Part shown: positions 1-9,624 of the stretch, in pieces | Numbering within the stretch: position 1 is the first letter of the stretch | Layout: each line of letters opens with the position of its first letter | NCBI GenBank assembly: GCA_037446635.1 | Contig: JBBIIG010000004.1 | Location: 100,859 to 164,858 of the forward strand | Direction of reading: 5' to 3' | Origin: a bacterium | Lineage (GTDB): Bacteria; Zhuqueibacterota; Zhuqueibacteria; Oceanimicrobiales; Oceanimicrobiaceae | Length of the DNA: 64,000 nucleotides | Notes under the pieces: model-generated | What the model was told of the DNA's origin: nothing | What the model saw: only the letters and a program-made list of their open reading frames with translations | Databases searched by the model: none | Position numbers and translations under genes: made by a program

Positions 1-630
1 GCGGAAGCGGAAGTCGCGATCGGTGAGCGCGCCCACGGGACAGATATCTACTGTGTTGCCGGAATATTTGTTATCCAATTCCCGGCCGGGATACGGCAGC
101 AGCTCGGCGTGATCGCCGCGATTGAAAATTCCCAACTCGTGAGTTTTAGAAATTTCATCACAAAAGCGCACGCAGCGCGAGCACAAAATACAGCGCTCGG
201 AATCGAGAATCACATTCGGGCCGATGGGCATGGCCTTGTGCTTCTTGACTTTGTCCTCGTACATTTTGCTGTCATAGAGTCCGTGCTGCATGTAAAAATT
301 TTGCAGCCAGCACTCGCCAGCCTGATCGCAAACGGGACAATCCAGCGGGTGATTGATGAGCAGAAATTCCAACACCGCGCGCCGGGCTTCGAGGACTTTG
401 GCGTTATTGGTGTGCACCACCATACCATCGGTGACCGGCGTATAGCACGCCACCTGCAGCTTGGGCATACGCTCGATTTCAACGAGACAAATCCGGCACA
501 CCCCAACGATGCTGAGACCGGGGTGATAGCAGTAACGCGGGATTTCAATCCCTAATTTCTCCGCGGCTTGAATGACGGTGGTGCCTTTTTCAACTTCGAT
601 GGTGGCGCCGTCTATGGTGATTTTGGGCAT
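1..630 (-). CDS. nuoG: NADH-quinone oxidoreductase subunit G, N-terminal part (partial; continues beyond window start)
   Basis: Reverse-complement translation from 630 reads MPKITIDGATIEVEKGTTVIQAAEKLGIEIPRYCYHPGLSIVGVCRICLVEIE..., the 2Fe-2S/4Fe-4S Cys-rich NuoG N-terminus. It lies directly downstream of nuoF on the same strand. Confidence 0.85.
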   Translation of the reverse strand, partial: MPKITIDGATIEVEKGTTVIQAAEKLGIEIPRYCYHPGLSIVGVCRICLVEIERMPKLQVACYTPVTDGMVVHTNNAKVLEARRAVLEFLLINHPLDCPVCDQAGECWLQNFYMQHGLYDSKMYEDKVKKHKAMPIGPNVILDSERCILCSRCVRFCDEISKTHELGIFNRGDHAELLPYPGRELDNKYSGNTVDICPVGALTDRDFRFR

Positions 631-728
631 TTATTTTCCCTTTTTCCTTTCTTTCAACAATAGTCGCGATAGATGTTTTTGATCGCGAAAATAGCCGCAC
701 ATCTTCTCTACAAATTCGTGCTTGTCAG

Positions 729-1994
729 CTAATGAATATTGCACTTCCGCTCCCGACAATGATACTCAAACTCATCGCGGAATTTTTTGACGTAGCTTTG
801 AATCGGCCACGCAGCCGCGTCTCCCAAAGGACAAATGGTGTTGCCGAATATGTTGTTAGCGATGGTTACGAGATTGTCCACGTCTTCGGGGCGGCCGCGG
901 CCCTCCAAAATTCGATGCAGAATTTTATCCGCCCAGCCGGTGCCCTCGCGGCACGGGGTGCACTGCCCACACGATTCGTGGTGATAAAAACGAGTAACAA
1001 CGTACAACGCGCGCACGATGCAGGTAGTTTCATCCATCACGATCACCCCGGCCGAGCCCAGCATCGAGCCGATGGCAGCGAGGGAGTCGAAGTCCATTTT
1101 CACATCGATTTCGTCGGCAGTTAATATTGGCGCCGATGATCCGCCCGGCACCACGGCTTTTAATTTCGCGCCATTTTTCATTCCGCCGGCGTGCTCGAAA
1201 ATGATCTCCCGCAGCGGCGTGCCCATCGGCAATTCATACACGCCGGGCTTTTTCACGTGGCCGCTGACGCTGAAAAATCGGACACCGCCGTTGCGCTCGG
1301 TTCCCAATTTCGCAAACCACTCGCCGCCCCTTTCGATAATGGTCGGAACGTATGCAATAGTCTCGACGTTGTTCACAATCGTTGGACAGCGGAACGCACC
1401 TTCGATGGCCGGGAATGGTGGCTTCATACGCGGCCAGCCCTTTTTGCCTTCGAGCGATTCCAAAAGCGCGGTTTCTTCGCCGCAAATGTAAGCGCCGGCA
1501 CCGCGATGCACCACGACCTCAAGCTCGTAATCGCTGCCAAAAATCTTCTTCCCCAAATAGCCTTTTTTGCGGGCGGCTTTGATTTGCTCCACCAATCGCT
1601 CCGCCTGCCGCACATACTCGCCGCGAATGTAGATGAACGCCTTGTGCGCGCCAATGGCATACGCGGCGATCATGATTCCTTCCAACAAGCCGTGGGTGTA
1701 GTGATCGATGACATAGCGATCTTTGAACGTGCCCGGCTCGCTTTCATCGGCATTGACGACGAGATACTTGGGTTTCGGATTGTCTTTCGGGATGAAAGAC
1801 CACTTGCGCCCGGTCGGAAATCCCGCGCCGCCGAGTCCCCGCAAATTGGATTTGATGACTTCCTGCGTCACCTGATCCGGCGTCATCTCTTTCAACACCC
1901 GGCGAATGGTTTGATAGCCGCCGTGCTGCTCATACACTTCGACGGTGTGCGAGTTGGGGATATCAAAAAATTTTGAGATGATTTTTTCTGGCAT
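729..1994 (-). CDS. nuoF: NADH-quinone oxidoreductase subunit F (51 kDa, FMN/NADH-binding)
   Basis: 421 aa with GAGAYICGEETALLESLEGKKG and C-terminal CGQCTPCREG 4Fe-4S motifs. Confidence 0.92.
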   Translation of the reverse strand: MPEKIISKFFDIPNSHTVEVYEQHGGYQTIRRVLKEMTPDQVTQEVIKSNLRGLGGAGFPTGRKWSFIPKDNPKPKYLVVNADESEPGTFKDRYVIDHYTHGLLEGIMIAAYAIGAHKAFIYIRGEYVRQAERLVEQIKAARKKGYLGKKIFGSDYELEVVVHRGAGAYICGEETALLESLEGKKGWPRMKPPFPAIEGAFRCPTIVNNVETIAYVPTIIERGGEWFAKLGTERNGGVRFFSVSGHVKKPGVYELPMGTPLREIIFEHAGGMKNGAKLKAVVPGGSSAPILTADEIDVKMDFDSLAAIGSMLGSAGVIVMDETTCIVRALYVVTRFYHHESCGQCTPCREGTGWADKILHRILEGRGRPEDVDNLVTIANNIFGNTICPLGDAAAWPIQSYVKKFRDEFEYHCRERKCNIH

Positions 1995-2002
1995 ATTGTT
2001 TA

Positions 2003-2272
2003 TTAAGCCTTCTCAAGTTTTGGCCTTCGTGCTGGCACACCGTAAAGCATACCCTCGACGCTAATATCCTCGTCAATGTCCGGCCAATGCACACCATGGC
2101 CATCTCCAATTAGCTCATAATTTTGTCGCTGAGCCGGCGTCGCGTCCGACAATCGCCAAGACCAGCACAGTGGCACACTAATCGTTCGCCCATCGGTTAA
2201 TTCCGCGGTGATGGTGTCGTCGGAAACATGAATGTGTTTTATCTTCGCGTCAATGTTAACCACAGTGTTCAT
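2003..2272 (-). CDS. DUF2442 family small protein (partner of DUF4160; putative TA-like pair)
   Basis: Small ORF; MNTVVNIDAKIKHIHVSDDTITAELTDGRTISVPL matches the DUF2442 pattern; overlaps the upstream DUF4160 gene. Confidence 0.55.
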   Translation of the reverse strand: MNTVVNIDAKIKHIHVSDDTITAELTDGRTISVPLCWSWRLSDATPAQRQNYELIGDGHGVHWPDIDEDISVEGMLYGVPARRPKLEKA

Positions 2273-2492
2273 CCCACGCCTCAGTGATTTGATCAATTTT
2301 CTCTACAATTATTTTTCGAATCCGGTTTAGCTCTTTAGCAGAAAACTTATAATTCTTACAGAGAACGACTGGCTCCAACCAAAATTTACACAGACTCTTT
2401 CCTCGTTGAACGTGAACATGTTTAGGTTCATTACAGTCAAAACTATAAAAGAAAAAACGATAAGGGCCAACAATGTTCTTGATAGTAGGCAT
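2256..2492 (-). CDS. DUF4160 family small protein
   Basis: 78 aa, MPTIKNIVGPYRFFFYSFDCNEPKHVHVQRG...; pairs with DUF2442; inserted between nuoE and nuoF. Confidence 0.55.
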   Translation of the reverse strand: MPTIKNIVGPYRFFFYSFDCNEPKHVHVQRGKSLCKFWLEPVVLCKNYKFSAKELNRIRKIIVEKIDQITEAWDEHCG

Positions 2493-2500
2493 GAATGAAT

Positions 2501-2992
2501 TTACTTCATGACCTTTCCGTTTTTTAGCTTCTCCACAATCTCATCAATTTTTTTCTCGCTCAAATTGTCGATGTAATCCTCGTTCAACTGCATCATCGGC
2601 GCGGTTTCACAGGAAGCGAGGCATTCCACTTCGGTGATGGTGAATTTCAAATCCGCACTGGTTTCGCCGGGTTTGATGCCCAGCCGCTCCGATAAATGTT
2701 TCAAAATATTTTCGCAGCCGCCCAAATCGCACGACAAACCGCGGCACACTTGAAAATGATATTTGCCGCGCGGCTGGCGGGCGATGAGCGTGTAAAACGT
2801 CATCACCTCGTGCACTTTCACTGGCGGCACTTGCAGCAGCGATGCCACATAAACTTCCACTTCCGGCGAAACGTGGCCGAATTCTTTCTCCGCCAAATAT
2901 AAAACCGGCAGCATCGCCGCCTGACGCTGCGGGTACTGATTGACGATTTCGTCAAACTTTTTTCGCGCCGCCGCCGAGAATTCTACGCTCAC
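2501..2992 (-). CDS. nuoE: NADH-quinone oxidoreductase subunit E (24 kDa, 2Fe-2S)
   Basis: 163 aa; CRGLSC...C...CLASCETAP thioredoxin-like 2Fe-2S motif. Confidence 0.9.
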   Translation of the reverse strand: MSVEFSAAARKKFDEIVNQYPQRQAAMLPVLYLAEKEFGHVSPEVEVYVASLLQVPPVKVHEVMTFYTLIARQPRGKYHFQVCRGLSCDLGGCENILKHLSERLGIKPGETSADLKFTITEVECLASCETAPMMQLNEDYIDNLSEKKIDEIVEKLKNGKVMK

Positions 2993-4863
2993 CGATCCAA
3001 TTCTCCTGCAATCATGTTAATGGAACCAAACGTCGGAATGATATCCGCCACCTGCGCGCCTTCAATCATTTTATGAAAGCCGGCCACAAATGCAAAGCAC
3101 GGCGGCCGGCAGCGCACGCGATGGGCTTTGTCCGTGCCGTCGCTGACAATATAAAATCCCAGCTCACCGTTCGCGCCTTCGACCGCGTGGTACGCTTCTC
3201 CGCGCGGCGGACGAATGCCGTAGCCTTCCATAATCAGCATAAAATGATTCATCAGCCCCTCGATGCTGCCGTAGGTTTTTTCTTTCGCCGGCAGGGCTAC
3301 TCGTTTATCATGAGTATAAACCTGATCGTGATAGGGCTTGTTGCTTCCCAGGAGCGTCGGGTCGGTCACCGCCACTTGATGCAGCAGGTCGTGGGTTTGT
3401 CCGAATTTGCCGAGGTCCGCCATTTTTTCGGCAGGAATTTCTTTGCCCTCGAAGTCCACCATCACCGCGCCGGCAGGCATCTTTTTGAAGGCCTGTTCGA
3501 TGATGCGCATGCTCTGCTCCATCTCTTCCATGCGCACGAGATAGCGATCGTAGATATCGCCGTTTTCGCCAACTGGAATTTCAAAGTTGATCTGATCGTA
3601 ATTGCAATACGGAAACGCCTTGCGTATATCGTATTCCACGCCGCAGGCCCGTAGCATGGGGCCGGTGAAGCTGAAAGAAATCGCGTCTTCTTTGGAAATC
3701 GCGCCCACGTGCTGCGTGCGATCAACAAAGATGCGGTTGCGGGTCAGCAGCTTGTGCACCTCTTTGATTTCATGGCGAACTTTTTTCAGCTTTTCGTGGA
3801 CACGCTGCTCGAAGCCCGGCGGCAGGTCGCCTTTCACGCCGCCGACGCGTACATAGGAAATGGTAACGCGCGCGCCGGTGACTTCTTCGATCAGCTCGTA
3901 CAAATATTCTCGTGCTTGCATAAAATAGAGAAACGCGGTCATCGCCCCCATCTCCATCGCCATGGCGCCAATGCAGGTGAGGTGATCCGCGATGCGGGAG
4001 ATTTCGCTCATGATCATGCGAATGTATTTGCAGCGCTCGGTCACCTCAATGCCCAACAATTTCTCAACGGTTTGCGCGTAGCCGACATTGTTGATGAGCG
4101 GCGAAACGTAATTCAAGCGGTCGGTGTACGGGAACACGCCGTTGTAATAGATGTTCTCTGAATGCTTCTCAAACGAACGATGCAGATAACCGATTCCCAA
4201 ATCCGAGTTGACTACTTTCTCGCCATCCAGCTCAAGAATAATTTTAATGACCCCATGCATCGCGGGATGCGATGGCCCCATGTTCAAAAACATGTGTTTC
4301 ACCTTCAAACCATTTTCTTCGGAGACGTATTCGTCCATGGCCTTGTGCATCAAATCCAGCGAAGGCGAGGTGGTGCCGTTTTTGCTGAAGGTCGCCCCCA
4401 CCAGCGGCTGGCGTTTGTTGATGGGATAATCCTTGCGCAACGGGTGGCCCTTGAATTCGTCATACATCAATAGCCGTCGCAAATCGGGGTGCCCCTTGAA
4501 GCGGATGCCGAACATGTCCCACACTTCCCGCTCGTACCAGTTGGCAATCTGCCAGATGTCGGAGACGGTTGGCGCCTGCGGGTCGCGTTCATCCACGGGA
4601 ACTTTGAGACGAAGACGTTGATTGTTTTTGAACGAGTGCAGATGATACACAACTTCAAAGCGCGGATCGCGGCCGAGGTAATCGACGCCTGCGAGATCCA
4701 CCAGCATGTCAAATTTTAAATTGGGATCGTCGCGCAAGAAGCGGCAAATGTCGCGAATGACGGCTTTATCAACCACCACCAAATCGTCGCCGCGATAGGT
4801 GTAGGCTTCGTAAAGGTGATCGGAAAATTTATCTTGAAGAGCTTTGAAGATTTTTTGAGCCAT
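2989..4863 (-). CDS. nuoCD: NADH-quinone oxidoreductase fused subunits C/D
   Basis: About 624 aa from MAQKIF...; the N-terminus is the 30 kDa NuoC domain and the C-terminus is the 49 kDa NuoD domain, ending ...SINMIAGELDR. The start overlaps the nuoB stop as TAATG. Confidence 0.88.
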   Translation of the reverse strand: MAQKIFKALQDKFSDHLYEAYTYRGDDLVVVDKAVIRDICRFLRDDPNLKFDMLVDLAGVDYLGRDPRFEVVYHLHSFKNNQRLRLKVPVDERDPQAPTVSDIWQIANWYEREVWDMFGIRFKGHPDLRRLLMYDEFKGHPLRKDYPINKRQPLVGATFSKNGTTSPSLDLMHKAMDEYVSEENGLKVKHMFLNMGPSHPAMHGVIKIILELDGEKVVNSDLGIGYLHRSFEKHSENIYYNGVFPYTDRLNYVSPLINNVGYAQTVEKLLGIEVTERCKYIRMIMSEISRIADHLTCIGAMAMEMGAMTAFLYFMQAREYLYELIEEVTGARVTISYVRVGGVKGDLPPGFEQRVHEKLKKVRHEIKEVHKLLTRNRIFVDRTQHVGAISKEDAISFSFTGPMLRACGVEYDIRKAFPYCNYDQINFEIPVGENGDIYDRYLVRMEEMEQSMRIIEQAFKKMPAGAVMVDFEGKEIPAEKMADLGKFGQTHDLLHQVAVTDPTLLGSNKPYHDQVYTHDKRVALPAKEKTYGSIEGLMNHFMLIMEGYGIRPPRGEAYHAVEGANGELGFYIVSDGTDKAHRVRCRPPCFAFVAGFHKMIEGAQVADIIPTFGSINMIAGELDR

Positions 4864-5339
4864 TAATATTCGTGTTTCTGTTTTTGAATTTTTTCCTGCA
4901 GCAGCATGAGTCCTTGAATCACGGTTTCGGGTCGTGGGGGACAACCGGGAATATAAACATCCACTGGCACGATGGTATCGATGCCGATGACCGTGGAGTA
5001 ATCGTCATAAAATCCACCCGTGCAGGTGCAGACGCCAAACGCGACAACGTATTTCGGCTCGCACATTTGATCGTAAACCCGCCGCAGCACCGGCGCAATT
5101 TTCTGGCTGACGGTGCCGACGCACATCAGCATGTCGGCCTGCCGCGGCGAGAAGCGCGGAAAGGCCGCGCCGAAGCGATCCAAATCGTAATGCGCCGAAG
5201 ACACCGACATATATTCCATGCCGCAGCAGGCGGTGACGAACGGATACGGAAACAACGAATATTTTCTGGCCCAACCGATCGCTTCATCGAGCTTGGTGGT
5301 GACCATGTTGTCGCCGCCCAACAAATTTCTCAATCCCAT
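4863..5339 (-). CDS. nuoB: NADH-quinone oxidoreductase subunit B (20 kDa, 4Fe-4S N2)
   Basis: CCGMEYM ... GCPPRPE motifs; the long N-terminal extension of the raw ORF overlaps nuoA, so an internal start is likely. Confidence 0.85.
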   Translation of the reverse strand: MGLRNLLGGDNMVTTKLDEAIGWARKYSLFPYPFVTACCGMEYMSVSSAHYDLDRFGAAFPRFSPRQADMLMCVGTVSQKIAPVLRRVYDQMCEPKYVVAFGVCTCTGGFYDDYSTVIGIDTIVPVDVYIPGCPPRPETVIQGLMLLQEKIQKQKHEY

Positions 5340-5683
5340 TGCAACGCTCCTTTTTTCCAGGCATACGCCAATCCCAGCACTAACACGCCGATGAACAGCG
5401 CCATCGAGACGAAAGCAATCATTCCAATTCCGCGAAACACCACCGCCCACGGAAAAAGAAAAATGATTTCGATGTCAAATAGGACGAACAAAATCGCGAT
5501 GGTGTAAAACTTCACGGAAAATCGTTCGCCGGGGCGCGAGATTGGGATGTTGCCGCATTCAAAAATTTCTTCTTTCACCGGATTCTTTTTCTTCGGCCCG
5601 AGCCACTGGGAGAGGCCGAGCAAAATTGCCACGACTAACCCGGCGCCGAGAAACATGATTAAAACTGCGATGAGTTCATTCAT
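5330..5683 (-). CDS. nuoA: NADH-quinone oxidoreductase subunit A
   Basis: 117 aa membrane protein with FDIEIIFLFPWAVV motif. Confidence 0.85.
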   Translation of the reverse strand: MNELIAVLIMFLGAGLVVAILLGLSQWLGPKKKNPVKEEIFECGNIPISRPGERFSVKFYTIAILFVLFDIEIIFLFPWAVVFRGIGMIAFVSMALFIGVLVLGLAYAWKKGALQWD

Positions 5684-5704
5684 AAGTCAGTAATCCTATA
5701 AAAA

Positions 5705-6679
5705 CTAATAACTTGCCAATTGGCGCAACTGTTCGGTTATCTTCTCCACATTCGGCATAAAAAACTCCTCCAGCGGCGAGCTGTACGGCACGGGCGTATC
5801 AATGGAAGCGAGCCGGCGAATCGGCGCATCCAAATACTCAAACGCCTCCTGGGAAATCACCGCCGCGATCTCCGCGCCGATGCCGCCGGTCAATGTCGCT
5901 TCGTGCACAATCAGCACTTTGTTCGTTTTCTTTACAGATTTCAAAATCAACTCTTTATCGAACGGCAGCAGCGACTGCAGGTCCAGCACTTCAACCTCGA
6001 CGCCCTCTTTTGCCAAATTCTCCGCCGCTTCCAATGAGCGCATGACCATCGAACCGTAGGTGATCAGCGAAATATCTCTGCCCGATCTACGAATTTCCGC
6101 TTTTCCGATCGGCACAATGTAATCGTCATCGGGTACCTCGTCTTTCAGATGCCGATACAGATACTTGTGCTCAAAATAAAGCACCGGATTATTATCTCGA
6201 ATCGCGGCTTTGATCAACCCTTTGGCATTGTACGGCGTCGAGGGCGCCACCAATTTCAACCCGGGCACGTGAAAAAACCACGCTTCCGGATTCTGCGAAT
6301 GAAATGGACCCGCGTGCAAGCCGCCGCCCGACGGCAGCCGAATCACCATTGGCACCGCCGCTCCCCAGCGATAGTGGCACTTGGCGGCCATGTTCACAAT
6401 CTGATTCCAGCCGCAGGAAACAAAATCCGCGAACTGCATCTCCGCCACCGGCCGCAATCCCATCATCGCCGCGCCCACCGCCACGCCGACGATCGCGGTT
6501 TCCGCGAGAATCGTGTCGATGACCCGCTCCTCGCCAAATTCTTTCAAAAAACCTTTGGTAACTTTGAACGCGCCGCCGTACTCACCGATGTCCTCACCCA
6601 AACAGAACACGCTTTCGTCGCGCTGCATCTCTTCGCGCAGGCCTTTGGAGATGGCTTCGATGTAGGTGATGACACTCAT
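5705..6679 (-). CDS. 2-oxoacid (pyruvate/branched-chain/acetoin) dehydrogenase E1 component beta subunit
   Basis: 324 aa transketolase-like: MSVITYIEAISKGLREEM...VFCLGEDIGEYGGAFKVTKG. Confidence 0.85.
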   Translation of the reverse strand: MSVITYIEAISKGLREEMQRDESVFCLGEDIGEYGGAFKVTKGFLKEFGEERVIDTILAETAIVGVAVGAAMMGLRPVAEMQFADFVSCGWNQIVNMAAKCHYRWGAAVPMVIRLPSGGGLHAGPFHSQNPEAWFFHVPGLKLVAPSTPYNAKGLIKAAIRDNNPVLYFEHKYLYRHLKDEVPDDDYIVPIGKAEIRRSGRDISLITYGSMVMRSLEAAENLAKEGVEVEVLDLQSLLPFDKELILKSVKKTNKVLIVHEATLTGGIGAEIAAVISQEAFEYLDAPIRRLASIDTPVPYSSPLEEFFMPNVEKITEQLRQLASY

Positions 6680-6779
6680 TCGTGAGCTTTCGACGTCATT
6701 TTTTCGGGGGTCAATATAGGGAGTTTAGATAAAGAATTCAACAGATTTTATGGGGTGATTTGTTTACAATTTCATGAAA

Positions 6780-7047
6780 AAATGTCATTGCGAGGCGCTT
6801 TTTGCCTGCCCGCCAGAGGTTTTAGGCAGGCGGGCCGAAGCAATCTCCTGCGTCACCGAGGGGAGTGCTTCGCTGCAAAGCGCATCTGAGGACACAGGAG
6901 GTGTCATTTCGAACCTCGACGCTTTTAGTCGAGGTTCGAAATCTGGGGAAGCACAGATCAAGCTATGCCAATTTAATTCTGCATACATTCGCTGATACTA
7001 ATCTCCGTCAGATTTCTCGACTCCGCTGCGCTCCGTCGCGAAATGAC
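6780..7047. repeat. Structured intergenic element inside the E1alpha-E1beta spacer, built from nested inverted repeats
   Basis: Perfect palindrome ttcgaacctcgac-gcttttag-gtcgaggttcgaa (~6903-6935); hairpin gcctgcccgcc...ggcaggcgggc (~6805-6833); tgtcatt(g/t)cg at 6783 and 6897 and its reverse complement cgaaatgaca at 7034. Confidence 0.4.
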
Positions 7048-7099
7048 AGTAACCTCATCTGAGTTTTCGGTTTCCTCTTCGATGCAAATTCTCCCTTTT

Positions 7100-8125
7100 C
7101 TAACTCGCGTAAACCCCTTCCGCTGCCTCCTCCGGCGCCGGCAGCGGACTCTCCTCCGCCCACTTCTGTCCCTCATCGATTTCCAATTTTACGCGTTCCT
7201 GAATTTTCTCCAATTCACTTTTTGATGCGATTTTATTTTCGAACAAATACTTTTCGTGCATCATGATCGGATCGCGTTTCTCCCAATATTCGAAAAGCGC
7301 CTTCGGGACGTAAAACGCGTCGTCGTGCTCGGCGTGTCCTTTCATGCGAAACGTCTTGGCTTCGATGAGCGTCGGTCCCTCGCCTTTGCGGGCCCGCTCA
7401 ACCGCGCGCTTCGTGACTTCATAAACTGCAATCACGTCATTGCCATCTACGATTTCGCCGGGGATACCATAAGCTTTGGCGCGGTCGGCAAAATTTTCCA
7501 GCAGCGTCTGTTTGCTCACCGGAGTCGAGTAAGCGTAGCCATTGTTTTCCAAAATCACCACCAGCGGCAGCTTCATCACTGCGGCAAAATTAAGTCCCTC
7601 GTGGAAATCGCCGACGCTGGAGCCGCCGTCGCCAATCCACGTGAGCGCCACATTGGGCTGCTTCTTCATTTTGAACGCCAGCGCCGCGCCAGCGCAAACT
7701 GGAATCAGCGCGCCCAACATGCTGATAGGCGCAATGATGCCGCGTTTCAAATCGCCGAAATGGGACGTACCATCTTTGCCCTGCGTGGGACTGGTTTTGC
7801 GTCCGAGATAATTGGCGAAAAATTCTCCGGGTGTGACGCCCCGCACCAACACCGCGCCCGCGTTGCGGATCATCGGGCCGATGACGTCGCCCTTTTCCAG
7901 CGCGTACGCCGAGCCCACCGATGTGGCTTCCTGTCCGCGACTCACGTACGCGCCGCCCAAAATTTTGCCGGTGCGGTACATGATGGAAAGGCGGTCGTCA
8001 AAAGCGCGATTAAGAACCATGAAATAATATAGTTCCAAAAGCTGCTCTTTTGACAGCGAATGCTTTTGGGCTTTGGAATTTTTGGAGATAGATTTTCTTT
8101 TCGCGGCGGGCTTCGCCTTAGGCAT
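7100..8125 (-). CDS. 2-oxoacid dehydrogenase E1 component alpha subunit (TPP-dependent)
   Basis: 341 aa; the TPP-binding region (GDGGSSVGDFHEGLNFAAV...NNGYAYSTP) is typical of E1 alpha. Confidence 0.85.
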   Translation of the reverse strand: MPKAKPAAKRKSISKNSKAQKHSLSKEQLLELYYFMVLNRAFDDRLSIMYRTGKILGGAYVSRGQEATSVGSAYALEKGDVIGPMIRNAGAVLVRGVTPGEFFANYLGRKTSPTQGKDGTSHFGDLKRGIIAPISMLGALIPVCAGAALAFKMKKQPNVALTWIGDGGSSVGDFHEGLNFAAVMKLPLVVILENNGYAYSTPVSKQTLLENFADRAKAYGIPGEIVDGNDVIAVYEVTKRAVERARKGEGPTLIEAKTFRMKGHAEHDDAFYVPKALFEYWEKRDPIMMHEKYLFENKIASKSELEKIQERVKLEIDEGQKWAEESPLPAPEEAAEGVYAS

Positions 8126-9497
8126 GTTTATCCGCTTTCAAAATTTTCATGAAATCGTTGATGGTTTTGAAGGATTCCAGATTCCAGATGGCTTCGCGAA
8201 TTTGCTTTTGCTTTTTTTCCGAAAGAAGATTGGAAGACAGGCCGGCGAATTTATTTTGCAGGTCTTCGTCCGTCATGGGCTCACGAGGATCGCCTTTGGG
8301 ATAATCGAGCTGCGCCGAGTGCGTCTGTCCGTTCTTCAATTTGATGGTGACTTTCGACTGCTGCTTGGCAGGGAAATTTTTCTCGAACTCGGCGCTGGCC
8401 TCGCCCTTGATTTTGTTGATGACGCCCATGATGCGCGGGTCTTTGATGCGTTCCTCGTTGAATTGATCGGTGGTTATTTTGCGATCGACAATCGCCGCAG
8501 CGATGCAGTACGGCAAGCTGTGATCGGCAGTCTCGCGGGAGGTCGGTTTGTATTTCGCCGGGTCGAATAAAATATCCACGGCCCGCGCAATGGTGGTGAC
8601 GGTCACCGTGTCGATGTCCTCGGGTTTAATATCATGCTCGGTGACGACTTTGATGGTCGCCGAAATATGTGTGTGCGTCAGCGCTTCGGTCGGGAATGCT
8701 TTCATCGAGCAATCGAGTATTTTAAAATGATCACCGAGTCCACCAACCAATTTTTCGCGATCCCAATCCGGCCCGAACACTTGCATGAAGCCCTCTTTGC
8801 CCTCGAAGATTTCTTCGGTGCCGGAGTAGCCTTCTTTTGCCATCAGCGCGGCCATCACCCCGCTCTGCGCTGCCAGCGGATCGACGGTGTTTTTCATCAT
8901 CGTGAGCTTGCCGGCGGTCACGGCCCCGGGCGTGAAATTGTGGCACCCCGAAATGCCGATGGCGTTCACCATCTGGTCTTCATTCAAATCCAGCAAATAT
9001 CCCGCGACGATCGGTGACACAAACTGGGTTAACGAGGCGTGGTGCCACTTGCGCTCGCGAATTCCGGGAACAGCAAATTCACATAACCGGCACTCGAATT
9101 CATACGCCAGCACAATCGCCGTGATCACATCTTTGGCGCTCTTCGCTTCTCGCTCACCAACCGCCAGCGCCGCCGGAATGATGTCGCTGGGGTGACTCGG
9201 ATCCTGTTTCCAATAAATGTCGTTGAAATCCAACGCGCGGATCATCAGACTGTTGAGGAACGTCGCGTTGTACGCCGGCATCTTTTCCCCACTGGCGATG
9301 GCCGTGGCCTCGGCTTTCCCGCCCATGTCTGCGTAGATTTTGCGAACGATTTTCACATCGTGAGTATTGAAGCCTCCGTAAGCACAGCCGAGGGAGTCGT
9401 ACAAAAACCGTCTGACTTCGGTGACGACGGGCTCGGGTAGATCGTCATACTTGAGGTTGAGAGAAAATTTGGCGATTTGTCGGGAAAGGGAGGTCAT
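8118..9497 (-). CDS. MmgE/PrpD family protein (2-methylcitrate dehydratase-like)
   Basis: 459 aa; the N-terminal LKYDDLPEPVVTEVRRFLYDSLGCAYGG is characteristic of PrpD. Confidence 0.8.
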   Translation of the reverse strand: MTSLSRQIAKFSLNLKYDDLPEPVVTEVRRFLYDSLGCAYGGFNTHDVKIVRKIYADMGGKAEATAIASGEKMPAYNATFLNSLMIRALDFNDIYWKQDPSHPSDIIPAALAVGEREAKSAKDVITAIVLAYEFECRLCEFAVPGIRERKWHHASLTQFVSPIVAGYLLDLNEDQMVNAIGISGCHNFTPGAVTAGKLTMMKNTVDPLAAQSGVMAALMAKEGYSGTEEIFEGKEGFMQVFGPDWDREKLVGGLGDHFKILDCSMKAFPTEALTHTHISATIKVVTEHDIKPEDIDTVTVTTIARAVDILFDPAKYKPTSRETADHSLPYCIAAAIVDRKITTDQFNEERIKDPRIMGVINKIKGEASAEFEKNFPAKQQSKVTIKLKNGQTHSAQLDYPKGDPREPMTDEDLQNKFAGLSSNLLSEKKQKQIREAIWNLESFKTINDFMKILKADKHA

Positions 9498-9526
9498 AAG
9501 AATTTTCTTTCAAATGGTTAAAAGCA

Positions 9527-9605
9527 TGGCACACGGATGAAACTGATGACACGGATTCTTATGGAGTCATCAGTGACAATCCGTACTATCCGCACCATCC
9601 GTGTT
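9527..9605. repeat. Composite inverted repeat (cacggat units, then atccgt/atccgc units)
   Basis: gcacacggatga...gacacggattc on the left and atccgtactatccgcaccatccgtgtt on the right; the outer arms cacacggatg and catccgtgtt are near-perfect reverse complements. Confidence 0.4.
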
Positions 9606-9624
9606 CAATGTTTTCGTTCTTTTT

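Noticed and set aside
109-555. 148-aa plus-strand ORF at the window start
   Set aside because: It lies antisense to the clearly recognizable NuoG N-terminus on the minus strand (MPKITIDGATIEV...) and has no recognizable motifs.
6900-6945. ggttcgaaatc motif reminiscent of a tRNA T-arm
   Set aside because: No acceptor stem, D-arm or anticodon arm can be built; the sequence is a perfect palindrome hairpin instead.
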